Below are positions 24,284 through 34,225 of a stretch of DNA of 64,000 nucleotides, one piece after another. The notes beneath the pieces are model-generated. The model was given only the letters and a program-made list of their open reading frames with translations. It did not search any database and was not told where the DNA came from. The translations under genes and the position numbers were made by a program. Numbering within the stretch: the stretch's first letter is position 1; every line of letters begins with the position of its first letter. The DNA comes from Alphaproteobacteria bacterium (lineage in GTDB: Bacteria > Pseudomonadota > Alphaproteobacteria > SHVV01), in NCBI GenBank assembly GCA_965261735.1, contig OZ253470.1, positions 3,936,001 to 4,000,000 of the forward strand, given 5' to 3'.

Positions 24284-24910
24284 ATGTCAACCCTCAAGGA
24301 CAAGAAGCTCATCCACCTCTTCTCCACTCCCATCATGGAGTATCGGTGGGAGGACTCGGACGACCTCAACCGGCGCCTCACAGACGTCATCCTCGAAAAG
24401 GAGCGCGCCTCCGGCGGCAAGGTCATGAGCAACGTCGGGGGGTGGCACTCCGAGGCGAATTTCGAGCAATGGGCGGGGGACGCGGGCCAGGAGCTCATCC
24501 ACCGGGTCGGCACCCTGGTCAATCACGCGACCCGGGAGTACTACAAGCTCTACGGCGGCAAGGAGGCCATTCGCTGGCGCCTCACGTTGTGGGCCAACGT
24601 CAACCGCGACGGCGACTTCAATCAGGGTCATATCCACCCCGGCGCGACGTGGTCGGGCGTCTACTACGTCGACGCGGGCGCGCCGAGCGCGGATCGAAAC
24701 GACAACGGCGTTCTGGCGCTGGCCCACACCGGCGCCGCGGCCGCGATGGTGTTCTTTCCGGAGATCACGCCTCACCGCCACGTCATCGTGCCGCAGTCCG
24801 GGCTCATGGTTCTGTTTCCGAGCTACTTGTCCCACCAGGTTTACCCCTACTGGGGGGACCGGCCGCGTATCTCCATCGCCTACAACATCAAGCGCGAAAA
24901 GATCACCTGA
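24284..24910 (+). CDS. Putative 2OG-Fe(II) oxygenase (TIGR02466-like)
   Basis: SNVGGWHS, WANVN, HIHP..WSGVYY, FPSYLSH.V, RISIAYN. Confidence 0.8.
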   Translation: MSTLKDKKLIHLFSTPIMEYRWEDSDDLNRRLTDVILEKERASGGKVMSNVGGWHSEANFEQWAGDAGQELIHRVGTLVNHATREYYKLYGGKEAIRWRLTLWANVNRDGDFNQGHIHPGATWSGVYYVDAGAPSADRNDNGVLALAHTGAAAAMVFFPEITPHRHVIVPQSGLMVLFPSYLSHQVYPYWGDRPRISIAYNIKREKIT

Positions 24911-26074
24911 TTGTCCCCATCATCGCTCATGCCGGGCGCTCCGACAAACACCGGCCGGGATGGCGCTTCTGCCGCGGCAGTGGCATCCGCCCGCCGGGCG
25001 CGGGCGCCGGCCGCGACCCGGGCGGACTACAGGATCGGGTTGTGGCTCCTGCTGTGCGCGCTCCTGGTCCTGGCCATGGTCGTCCTCGGCGGCATAACCC
25101 GGCTCACCCAGTCCGGCTTGGCGATCGTCGAGTGGCAGCCGATCAGCGGCGTCGTGCCACCGTTGAGCGAGCGGGGCTGGGACGAGGCCTTCGCCAAATA
25201 CCGGGACTCGCCCGAGTACCGCCTGCGTAACCCCGACATGACGCTGGCGCAGTACCGGGCCATCTACTGGATCGAATATGGGCACAGGCTGCTCGGTCGA
25301 GTGACGGGCCTCGTGTTTGCCTTGCCGTTTCTCTATTTGCTGCTTGCGCGCCGGATCGGGCCCGGGCTCGCGCGCGCCCTGGCGGTGTTACTGGTCCTCG
25401 GTGCGGCCCAGGGAGTGCTCGGCTGGTTCATGGTGCAAAGCGGGCTCGTCGACCGACCCGAGGTGAGCCACTACCGGTTGGCCGCCCACCTCGGGCTCGC
25501 CGTGCTGCTCTACAGTGCCCTCCTGTGGCTGGCGCTGGGCCTGCTGCGACCGGGGTGGCGGTACTTGACGGAGGCCGCACCCCGCGTCCTGCGATACGCG
25601 GCCGCGGCCGCGAGCGCGAGCGCATTTCTGTTCCTTGTCATCCTCTCAGGGGGCCTCGTCGCAGGCCTCGATGCCGGCTTCGGCTACAACACCTTCCCGC
25701 TTATGGCGGATCGGCTGGTGCCGGAGGGTCTCTTGGGCGGTACCGGGTCGTGGCGCGACCCCTTCGAGGACGCCATGACCGTGCAGTTCGTGCACCGGGT
25801 CCTGGGGCTAGCGGCGCTTGTCGGCGTAGTGGGGCTGTGGCTGCGGCTCGGCGCGGCGGACGTTCCGCCGCACGCCTTCATCTGGCGCCATCTGCTCCTG
25901 GCCGCGGTCGTCGCCCAGGTCGCCCTGGGAATCCTCACCCTGCTGCTCGTCGTGCCGATTCCCCTCGCCGCAATCCACCAGACTGGGGCCCTGGTTGCCC
26001 TGTCGATGGGCCTGATCCTGACCCGCTCGCTTTGGCCCGGGCAGGCCGGCATCAGGCGGGCGACTCGCCCATGA
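24911..26074 (+). CDS. ctaA: Heme A synthase, COX15/CtaA family
   Basis: GGITRLTQSGL, EYGHRLLGR, VSHYRLAAHL, VQFVHR. Confidence 0.92.
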   Translation: MSPSSLMPGAPTNTGRDGASAAAVASARRARAPAATRADYRIGLWLLLCALLVLAMVVLGGITRLTQSGLAIVEWQPISGVVPPLSERGWDEAFAKYRDSPEYRLRNPDMTLAQYRAIYWIEYGHRLLGRVTGLVFALPFLYLLLARRIGPGLARALAVLLVLGAAQGVLGWFMVQSGLVDRPEVSHYRLAAHLGLAVLLYSALLWLALGLLRPGWRYLTEAAPRVLRYAAAAASASAFLFLVILSGGLVAGLDAGFGYNTFPLMADRLVPEGLLGGTGSWRDPFEDAMTVQFVHRVLGLAALVGVVGLWLRLGAADVPPHAFIWRHLLLAAVVAQVALGILTLLLVVPIPLAAIHQTGALVALSMGLILTRSLWPGQAGIRRATRP

Positions 26075-26391
26075 GCCATTGTTCCGTCTACATCACGGCC
26101 CCTAACCGGGACGAGGCGCTGGTGATCGGCCGCGCGCTCGTCGCCGCGCGGCTCGCCGCCTGCGCCAATCTGTTCGACGGAGTCCACTCTGTCTATTGGT
26201 GGGAGGGCACGCTCGAGGAAGCCGACGAAGTCGTGCTTATCGCCAAGACGCGCAGCGCCCTGCTCGATGAGATCATCACCAAGGTCAAGTCGCTGCATAG
26301 CGACAGCTGCCCGTGCATCGTCGCCTGGCCCATAGCGGCGGGCAACCCCGACTACCTCGATTGGATCGATGCCGAGACGGCGGCGCCGTGA
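26071..26391 (+). CDS. cutA: Divalent-cation tolerance protein CutA
   Basis: LAACAN, SVYWWEG, KT...LHS..CP.I, YLDWI. Confidence 0.92.
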   Translation: MSHCSVYITAPNRDEALVIGRALVAARLAACANLFDGVHSVYWWEGTLEEADEVVLIAKTRSALLDEIITKVKSLHSDSCPCIVAWPIAAGNPDYLDWIDAETAAP

Positions 26392-26421
26392 CGTCAGTCC
26401 CTTACGCCCGAGCCCGCCATC

Positions 26422-27666
26422 ATGCCACGGCGGCGGGCACCAGCTTGGACGGCTGAGGTGCCGTCACTCTCCTCGCGCCTGACGCTCGTCTTCGCGAGCG
26501 CGGCACACGTCTTCGCGCACATGTTCATGCTGTTCTACGCGACCGTGGTGCTCACCATGGGGCCCGCGTTCGATTTGTCCTACGCCGACCTGCAGTGGCT
26601 GTCGGTGCCGGGCTTCGTCCTGTTCGGTGCGGCCGCGCTGCCGGCCGGCTGGCTCGGCGATCGCTGGAGCACCGTGGGCATGATGGCGGTCTTCTTCTTC
26701 GGTCTCGCCGCATCCTCGATCGTCACGGGTTTGGCGACGTCGCCGCTCGGCATCCTCATCGGCCTGTCCTTGATAGGCACCTTCGCGTCGATCTACCACC
26801 CGGTGGGCATCGCGTGGCTCGTGAGGAACACGACCACGGCCGGGCGGGCGCTCGGCGTCAACGCCATCTTCGGCTCGCTCGGTACCGCGGCGGCGGCGCT
26901 CACCGCCGGGGCGCTCGCCGATCTCATCAGCTGGCGCGCCGCGTTCATCCTGCCGGGCGTGCTCTGTGCGGCGGTCGGCGCGAGCTTTGTCGTCGCCGTT
27001 CGTCGCGGTTGGCTCGTCGAGGGCGCGGCGGGTACGCCGCTCACGCCAAGCGTCGGGCGGTTCGATGCGCGGCGCGGCATCATCGTCGTGCTGTTTACGA
27101 CGTTGATGGTGGGGCTCATCTTTCAGAGCACCAGCGTGGCCCTCCCCAAGCTGTTCAGCGAGCGCCTACCCGACCTCGTCGGGGGCGGGGCGTTGGGCGC
27201 CGGCCTGCTCGTCTCGCTCGTGTACGTCGTCGCCGCATTGGCCCCGGTCGTCGTCGGCGAGCTCGCGGACCGCTATCCCTTGAAGCTGGTCTACTTTCTG
27301 TGCCTGATCGCGCAGGCGCCTGTGCTGTTCGCCGCTTACTTCATGCACTCGATCGCTCTCGTGGGCATGGTCGTGGTGGCGGTGAGCCTCAATATGGGGG
27401 GCTCGCTCGCCGAGAACGCTCTTGTCGCGCGCTTCACGCCGCTGGCGTGGCGGAGCCGCATATATGGGCTCAAGTTCGTACTCAGCCTTGGCGTGAGTAC
27501 CGCCGGGGTCGCGATGGTGCCGGTTATGTTCGCGGCGACGGGCGTACTTGGTCCGATGTTCACGCTGTGGGCCGGCTTCGCGCTCGCGGCTGCGGCCGGC
27601 GCGTGGTTGCTGCCAGCGGAGCCCGCGACGGCGCGCGCGCCGTCGGTGCCCGGCGCCGCGGAGTAG
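26422..27666 (+). CDS. MFS transporter
   Basis: AGWLGDRWS, ASIYHPVG, multiple TM helices. Confidence 0.85.
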   Translation: MPRRRAPAWTAEVPSLSSRLTLVFASAAHVFAHMFMLFYATVVLTMGPAFDLSYADLQWLSVPGFVLFGAAALPAGWLGDRWSTVGMMAVFFFGLAASSIVTGLATSPLGILIGLSLIGTFASIYHPVGIAWLVRNTTTAGRALGVNAIFGSLGTAAAALTAGALADLISWRAAFILPGVLCAAVGASFVVAVRRGWLVEGAAGTPLTPSVGRFDARRGIIVVLFTTLMVGLIFQSTSVALPKLFSERLPDLVGGGALGAGLLVSLVYVVAALAPVVVGELADRYPLKLVYFLCLIAQAPVLFAAYFMHSIALVGMVVVAVSLNMGGSLAENALVARFTPLAWRSRIYGLKFVLSLGVSTAGVAMVPVMFAATGVLGPMFTLWAGFALAAAAGAWLLPAEPATARAPSVPGAAE

Positions 27667-27681
27667 GGGTGGCGTGAGGCA

Positions 27682-28971
27682 TCAGGCCGCCGCCAAGGCC
27701 TGGTCGAGGTCGTCGATCAGATCTTCAGCGGTCTCGAGTCCAACCGATAGCCTGACCACCTCGGGGCCCGCTCCGGCTGCGATGCGCTGCTCGTCGTCGA
27801 GCTGGCGGTGCGTGGTCGAGGCGGGGTGTAGGATGAGGCTACGGGTGTCGCCGATGTTGGCCAGGTGCGAGAACAGCTCACTGGCCTCGACAACACGCAC
27901 GCCGGACTCATAACCGCCGCGCACACCGAAGGTGAGGATCGATCCGGCGCCGCGCGGCAGATACTTGGCCGCGAGCTCGTGATAGGGGCTCGAGGGAAGG
28001 CCGGCGTAGGAGACCCAATCGACCTTCGGGTGTGCCTCGAGATGCTCGGCGATCGCTTGGGCATTGGCGACGTGGCGGTCCATCCGCAGCGACAAGGTCT
28101 CGGTGCCCGTGAGAATGAGGAAGGCGTTGAGCGGCGCCAGGCTGGGGCCGAAGTCGCGCAGCGCCACGGCGCGCGTCTTCATCGTGAAGCCGAAGTCGCC
28201 GAAGGTCTCGTAGAAGGTGAGGCCGTGATAGGCCTCGGTCGGCTGCGTGAGCGAGGGGAACTTGTCGTTCTGCCCCCAGTCGAAGCGTCCCGATTCGACC
28301 ACCACCCCGCCCATCGAGTTGCCGTTGCCGCCGAGGAATTTGGTCATCGAGTGGATGACGATGTCCGCGCCCCACTCGATGGGCCGGCACAGCCACGGCG
28401 TGGCCAGGGTGTTGTCGACGATAAGCGGTATACCGGCATCATGGGCGATGTCGGCAATGGCCGCGACGTCGAGGACGCCGCCGCCGGGATTGGCCAGGTT
28501 CTCGATGAAGATGGCCTTGGTCCGCGGCGTCAGGGCGGCACGGAAGTTCTGCGGATCGTCGGGGTCGACGAAATGGCAGGTCCAGCCAAGGCGGGAGAAA
28601 CTGTGGCTGAATTGGGTGACGGAGCCACCATACAGGTTGCGCGCGGCGATGAACTCGTCGCCCGGCTCGAGCAGCGTGAAGAAGGCGAGGAACTGCGCCG
28701 CGTGGCCCGAGGCGGCGGCGACCGCGCCGCGTCCGCCCTCGAGGCTGGCGATACGCTCCTCGAGCACCGCAACCGTGGGGTTGGTGATGCGCGAGTAGAT
28801 GTAGCCGAAGGTCTGCAGATTGAACAACGACGCCGCATGGTCGACGTCGTCGAACACGTAGGACGTGGTCTGGAAGATGGGAGTCGCCCGTGCCCCGGTG
28901 GTCGGATCGGGATAGGCGCCGGCGTGAATGGCGCGGGTCTCGAAGCCGCGGGCTTTCTCGTTCTCGCTCAT
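27682..28971 (-). CDS. metY: O-acetylhomoserine sulfhydrylase
   Basis: PIFQTTSYVF, YSRITNPT, HSMTKF PLP lysine, HPASTTHRQL. Confidence 0.92.
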   Translation of the reverse strand: MSENEKARGFETRAIHAGAYPDPTTGARATPIFQTTSYVFDDVDHAASLFNLQTFGYIYSRITNPTVAVLEERIASLEGGRGAVAAASGHAAQFLAFFTLLEPGDEFIAARNLYGGSVTQFSHSFSRLGWTCHFVDPDDPQNFRAALTPRTKAIFIENLANPGGGVLDVAAIADIAHDAGIPLIVDNTLATPWLCRPIEWGADIVIHSMTKFLGGNGNSMGGVVVESGRFDWGQNDKFPSLTQPTEAYHGLTFYETFGDFGFTMKTRAVALRDFGPSLAPLNAFLILTGTETLSLRMDRHVANAQAIAEHLEAHPKVDWVSYAGLPSSPYHELAAKYLPRGAGSILTFGVRGGYESGVRVVEASELFSHLANIGDTRSLILHPASTTHRQLDDEQRIAAGAGPEVVRLSVGLETAEDLIDDLDQALAAA

Positions 28972-29456
28972 CGCCGGCCGATCGCCCGGCGTTTGGCCGA
29001 GATGACGCCCGTGTTGATACCGCTCCACCCGAGCTCGCCATACAGGCGGCCGTATTCGATCTTGGCGCAACGGTTCATGACCACGCTCAGCCCGGCGGCT
29101 TCCGCGCGCTGTGCCGCCTCGTCATTTCTGACCCCAAGCTGCATCCATACCACCTTGGCCCCGCAAGCGATGGCCTCGTCGACGAACGGCGCGACCGCCT
29201 CGGAAGGGCGGAACAGCTGCACCATGTCCATCGGCTCTGGAATATTGCCGAGCCGCGCATAAACGGTGGCGCTCAGGATCTCGCCGCCCGCCTCCTTCGG
29301 GTTCACGGGAACGATGCGGTAGCCCTTCGCCTGGAGGTACTTCATCGCGAAGTAGCTCGGCCGGTTCCAGTGCGCGCTCGCCCCGACCGTGGCGATGATG
29401 TTGACGCGCTCGAGGATGCCGCGGATATAGGAGTCGGGGTAGCTGTCGTGGTTCAT
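28968..29456 (-). CDS. CoA-binding protein
   Basis: VGAS...RPSY, PVNP, VWMQLGV, VMNRC.KIEY. Confidence 0.9.
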   Translation of the reverse strand: MNHDSYPDSYIRGILERVNIIATVGASAHWNRPSYFAMKYLQAKGYRIVPVNPKEAGGEILSATVYARLGNIPEPMDMVQLFRPSEAVAPFVDEAIACGAKVVWMQLGVRNDEAAQRAEAAGLSVVMNRCAKIEYGRLYGELGWSGINTGVISAKRRAIGRR

Positions 29457-29481
29457 GAAGGGGTGGGGCGCCCGTACACCG

Positions 29482-30303
29482 TCACCGCCCCTCCCACCGC
29501 GGCGCCCGCTTCTCGAGAAAGGCGTCGATACCCTCCTCGGCGTCGCGCGCCAGCATGTTCGTGGTCATGACCTCGCTCGCATAGGCGTAGGCCTTGTCGA
29601 GGTCGAGGTCGAGCTGGTGGTAAAAGGCCTCCTTGCCGATCGCGAGGGTGAGCGGGGACTTGGCGGCAATCGCCTCGGCCAGCTCCGCGACCGCCCCATC
29701 GAGCTCGGCCTCGGGCACCGCGCGATTGACCAGCCCATATTGCGCGGCCTCGGCAGCGCCGATCATCTCGCCCGTGAGCAGCATCTCCATGGCCCGCTTG
29801 CGCCCGACATTGCGCGACAGCGCGACCATCGGCGTCGAGCAGAACAGGCCAATATTGACGCCGGGCGTGGCGAAGCGAGCGGTCTCGGAGGCGACGGCCA
29901 GGTCGCAGCTGGCGACGAGCTGGCAGCCGGCGGCGGTTGCCACGCCGTGGACCCGGGCGATGACCGGCTTGGGCAGGTGGACGATCGCCTGCATCACGCG
30001 GCTACACTGCGCGAACACCGCCTCGTAAGCCTGACGGCCGGGGTTGGCCCTGAGTTCCTTGAGGTCGTGGCCGGCGCAGAACGCCGGACCGCTCCCGGCG
30101 ATGATCACGGCGCGCACGGCGCGATCCCCGGCGAGGCCGTCGAGCTCTCGCTCAAGCGCGGCGAGCAGGGCGGTGGACAGGCTGTTGCGTGCGCGCGGGC
30201 GGTTGAGCGTCAGCGTGGCGATGCCGCCGGTATCGTCGCGCAGGAGCACGGCCTCGCCGGCGTCGGCAGAGGTGCCGAGAGTGGCGCTGGACATGGTGGT
30301 CAT
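29482..30303 (-). CDS. Enoyl-CoA hydratase/isomerase
   Basis: FCAGHDLKE, AAGCQLVASCDL, PGVNIGLFCSTP. Confidence 0.9.
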   Translation of the reverse strand: MTTMSSATLGTSADAGEAVLLRDDTGGIATLTLNRPRARNSLSTALLAALERELDGLAGDRAVRAVIIAGSGPAFCAGHDLKELRANPGRQAYEAVFAQCSRVMQAIVHLPKPVIARVHGVATAAGCQLVASCDLAVASETARFATPGVNIGLFCSTPMVALSRNVGRKRAMEMLLTGEMIGAAEAAQYGLVNRAVPEAELDGAVAELAEAIAAKSPLTLAIGKEAFYHQLDLDLDKAYAYASEVMTTNMLARDAEEGIDAFLEKRAPRWEGR

Positions 30304-30440
30304 GAACACCTTCCCCGCAATCCAACGCCATGATAGCGCGCCCATTGGGGAGGTGCCAGCGCACCGAATTCGACGCCGCATCGGCGGACGGGTGTCATGG
30401 ACACCTCTACCGCCCCACCGGGACAGCTCCCCCGGGGGCA

Positions 30441-30469
30441 AAAGAAAGGCGGCAGCCCGGAGGCTGCCG
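30441..30469 (-). terminator. Intrinsic terminator-like hairpin
   Basis: CGGCAGCC/GGCTGCCG stem with a T-rich tail on the minus strand. Confidence 0.5.
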
Positions 30470-30519
30470 GTGCAAATAATTAATTTTTATTAGACTTTGA
30501 AAATAATGACGAAAATAAT

Positions 30520-30534
30520 TTAATTCTTTATTAT
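30520..30534. promoter_or_regulatory. Possible CtrA-like site in the AT-rich region upstream of the MCP gene
   Basis: TTAA-N7-TTAT, one mismatch to TTAA-N7-TTAA. Confidence 0.3.
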
Positions 30535-30810
30535 ACTTTGTAAGCGATAGTGCACCGACACAATTTCGGACAATTCAAAGTCAAAGTTAGGTCATACCCT
30601 GAAATCGACCATGACGCACCTGACGTTTGACGCGGTTTCCACGCGCGGGGCTTGGCCCTGGCCGGGCCGCGGTAAGCGCCTGAAAGAAAGCGCGGCCAGG
30701 TCGCGGCCAATTCCGGCCAGGGCCGATGACAACGGGGTCACCGCCCAGGCGGGCCTCGAAATCACCTCGCTCGGAGCTTTATCCGGCGACGTTCTCTCAT
30801 GGAGTACGGA

Positions 30811-32930
30811 ATGAAAATGTCGAGCTTTGCGGGCTTGAAGACCAAGCCCAAGATCCTGATCGGGATCTGTTCCCCGCTAGTCCTTTTGGTGGGCCTTGGC
30901 GTCGCCAGCGTCTACAGCATCAGCACCATCGTCGAGACCAATGAGTGGGTCGATCACACCCGTGAAGTGCTGGAAGATGCAGCGTCGATCACCGGCTCGG
31001 CCGTGGACATGGAGACTGGCATGCGCGGCTATCTGCTGGCGGGTCAGGAAGGTTTCCTCGATCCCTATCGGGCCGGCGGGAATGCGACCTACACCGGAGT
31101 CGCGGCCTGCAGGAGACGGTCAACGACAACCCGGCGCAGGTCGAGCGCCTGGCCGAGATGGAGCGAGTCCTGCGCGAGTGGCAGGAGAAAGTGACCGAGC
31201 CGACGATCGCCCTGCGCCGCGAGATCGGCGACGCCGAGACCATGAACGACATGGCTGCGCTGGTCGGCGAGGCCCGCGGCAAGGTCTTTTTTCGACAAGT
31301 TCCGCGAGCAGATCGCCACCTTCGCCGGACGCGAGACGACCTTGCTGGAGCAGCGCCGGAAGGATTTCCAGGTCGCCCAGACCAAGGTCGGCGAGGATTT
31401 CAAGCTACTTCATGAGACGGTGGGTTGGGTCGATCACACTCACGAGGTCCTGGCCGCTGCGGCGCGGCTCGTGGCCGCCGCAGTGGACATGGAGACCGGC
31501 ATGCGCGGCTATCTGCCTCCTTCAGCAACTGCACCTGGGCCGGGTTGTCGTTCACGGTCTGGCTCAGGCTCGCGACGAGCTGACCATCGGCGAATGGCAG
31601 GAGAACGTCACCGAGCCGACCATCGCCTTGCGCCGCAAGATCGGCGACGCCAAGACCATGGACGACATGGCGGACCTGATCGGCGAGGCCCGGGGCAAGC
31701 AGTTCTTCGACGCCTTCCGGGCGACCATGGCCGACTTCCGGGCCGAGGAAACCGGCTTGATGGAACAGCGCCAGGCGAACAATGAGTCCACGGTCAGCAC
31801 GACCTACCTCATCATCGGGATCTCCATCGCAGCGGCCCTCCTGATCGGTCTCCTGCTGGCGTGGGCGATCGGAAACGCCATCGCCAACCCGATCAAGCAG
31901 ATGACCATCGTCATGCAGCGCTTGGCCGGTGGCGACACCTCGGCGGAGGTCCCGGGGACCGAACGGACCGACGAGATCGGCGAGATGGCCGCCGCGGTCC
32001 AGGTCTTCAAGGACAACGCCATCGAGAAGATACGCCTGGCCGAGGAGCAGGCGCAGGCCGAGAAGCGCACCGAAGAGGAGAAGCGCCAGGCCCAGTTGAA
32101 GATGGCCGACGACTTGGAGTCGAGCGTCAAGACGATCATCGATTCGGTCTCGTCCTCGGCGAGCGAGATGGAGGCGGCGGCGCAGTCCATGTCGGCGACC
32201 GCCGAGGAGACCAGCGCGCAGTCGACCACGGTCGCGGCGGCGGCACAACAGGCCAACGTCAGCGTGGAGACCGTCTCGGCAGCAGCCGAGGAGTTGTCGA
32301 AGTCCATCGAGGAGGTCGGCCGCCAAGTCACCCAGTCGACCAAGATCGCGGGCGACGCAGTCTCCGAGGCCGAGAAAACCAACTTCAGCATCAAGGGCCT
32401 GGCGGAGGCGGCCCAGAAGATAGGCGACGTGGTAGAGTTGATCACCAGCATCGCCGAGCAGACCAACCTGCTCGCGCTCAATGCCACCATCGAGGCGGCC
32501 CGCGCCGGCGATGCCGGCAAGGGCTTCGCGGTGGTCGCCTCCGAGGTCAAGTCCCTCGCCAACCAAACGGCCAAGGCGACCGACGAGATCAGTCAACAGA
32601 TCACCGGCATCCAAACCGCGACCGAGGACTCGGTCCAGGCCATCCAGGGGGTCGGCAAGATCATCCACGAGCTGGACCAGATCGCCACGGCTGATCGCCG
32701 CCGCGGTCGAGGAGCAGTCCGCTGCGACCGGGGAGATCGCCGCCAACACCCAGCAGGCGGCCAAGGGCACCGGCGATGTTTCGAGCAACATCGAGGGCAT
32801 CACCAGGGCGGCCGGGGAAACCGGCGCCGCCTCGGGTCAGGTGCTGTCCTCCGCGCAGGGGCTGGCCGAGCAGTCGAGCAACCTAAGCACTGAGATCGAT
32901 AAGTTCTTGGGGCAGATCCGGGCCGCCTGA
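30811..32930 (+). pseudogene. Methyl-accepting chemotaxis protein with tandem CHASE3 domains, disrupted
   Basis: Two WVDHT...DMETGMRGYL repeats, HAMP, QTNLLALNATIEAARAG; frameshifts near 31108, 31290 and 32690, internal inversion at about 31516-31585. Confidence 0.85.
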
Positions 32931-32952
32931 GGCCACGACCTGCAAACACCTT

Positions 32953-32988
32953 TCGGGGCGCCCCTGGCCGGGCGCCCCGTTTTCTTTT
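32953..32988 (+). terminator. Rho-independent terminator
   Basis: CGGGGCGCCC/GGGCGCCCCG stem followed by TTTTCTTTT. Confidence 0.8.
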
Positions 32989-33134
32989 GACAACCGCGAT
33001 TGGCCGCGGATCCGCTCGGCCTGCACTACCTCAATACCGCACATCAAGTGATTGTTCTTACGGCCTTCTTGGCCGTTGACAGCAAAAAATGATCTGCCAT
33101 ACTCGGCCGCTACAGACACGCTAGGAAGGCGCAG

Positions 33135-33602
33135 GTGGTGAAGACTTTTTCGGCCAAGGCTGGGGACATCAGCCGTGCATGGACGCTGATCGATGCCGAC
33201 GGCATTACCCTCGGCCGCCTCGCCGCGGCCGTGGCGGTGCGCCTGCGCGGCAAGCACAAACCCATCTTCACGCCGCATATGGACTGCGGCGACCACATCG
33301 TCGTCGTCAACGCCGAGAAGGTACGCCTGACGGGGCGCAAGCTCGACGATAAGGTTTACTACCGCCATACCGGCTACCCCGGCGGTATCAAGAAGCGGAC
33401 CGCGGGTCAGATACTAAGCGGCCGGCATCCGGAGCGGTTGGTGTTGAAGGCGGTAGAGCGGATGTTGCCGCGCGGGCCGCTCGGCCGCGCGCAGTTCGGC
33501 AAGCTCCGCGTCTACAGTGGACCCGACCACCCGCACACAGCGCAGCAGCCGGAGGCGCTCGATCTCGCCGCGAGCAACCCGAAAAACGCGAGGAGAGCTT
33601 GA
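33135..33602 (+). CDS. rplM: 50S ribosomal protein L13
   Basis: [23 protein letters not shown]. Confidence 0.97.
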   Translation: MVKTFSAKAGDISRAWTLIDADGITLGRLAAAVAVRLRGKHKPIFTPHMDCGDHIVVVNAEKVRLTGRKLDDKVYYRHTGYPGGIKKRTAGQILSGRHPERLVLKAVERMLPRGPLGRAQFGKLRVYSGPDHPHTAQQPEALDLAASNPKNARRA

Positions 33603-33604
33603 GC

Positions 33605-34099
33605 ATGGCCGAGGAAACCCGCATCCTCACCGACCTCAAGGACCTGGTCCAGGCACCGCCGCCGGAAGCCGTCGCGACCGAGGTTCAGGAGCCGGAGCGC
33701 AGGATCGACCCGTTGGGGCGGGCCTATGCCACGGGGAAGCGTAAGAATGCGGTGGCCCGCGTATGGCTCAAGCCGGGGAGCGGCCGCATCACCGTTAACG
33801 GCCGCGAAAGCGAGGTGTATTTTGCGCGGCCGGCGTTGCGCATGATCATCAACCAGCCCTTTGCGGCTGCGGGCCGGGTCGATCAGTACGACATCTGGTG
33901 CACGGTCCGCGGTGGCGGTTTGTCGGGGCAGGCGGGCGCGCTGCGCCACGGCATCAGCCGTGCGCTCACTTACCACGAGCCCGACCTGCGCGGCGTGCTC
34001 AAGGGCGGCGGCTTTCTTACCCGCGATGCGCGCGTGGTCGAGCGCAAGAAGTACGGCAAGCGCAAGGCGCGCCGCAGCTTCCAGTTCTCCAAGCGATAG
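33605..34099 (+). CDS. rpsI: 30S ribosomal protein S9
   Basis: [22 protein letters not shown]-terminal FQFSKR. Confidence 0.97.
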   Translation: MAEETRILTDLKDLVQAPPPEAVATEVQEPERRIDPLGRAYATGKRKNAVARVWLKPGSGRITVNGRESEVYFARPALRMIINQPFAAAGRVDQYDIWCTVRGGGLSGQAGALRHGISRALTYHEPDLRGVLKGGGFLTRDARVVERKKYGKRKARRSFQFSKR

Positions 34100-34225
34100 G
34101 CGCGCGCCCGGGCCGATGCGCCACCGCCTCGCGCCGGCGGAAATATTACCCCTGGCGCGGCCGATGTTCGGCTAGGTTACGAGCCGATCGTCCGCCGGGC
34201 GCCCCATCAATCTTCGGCAACGCGT

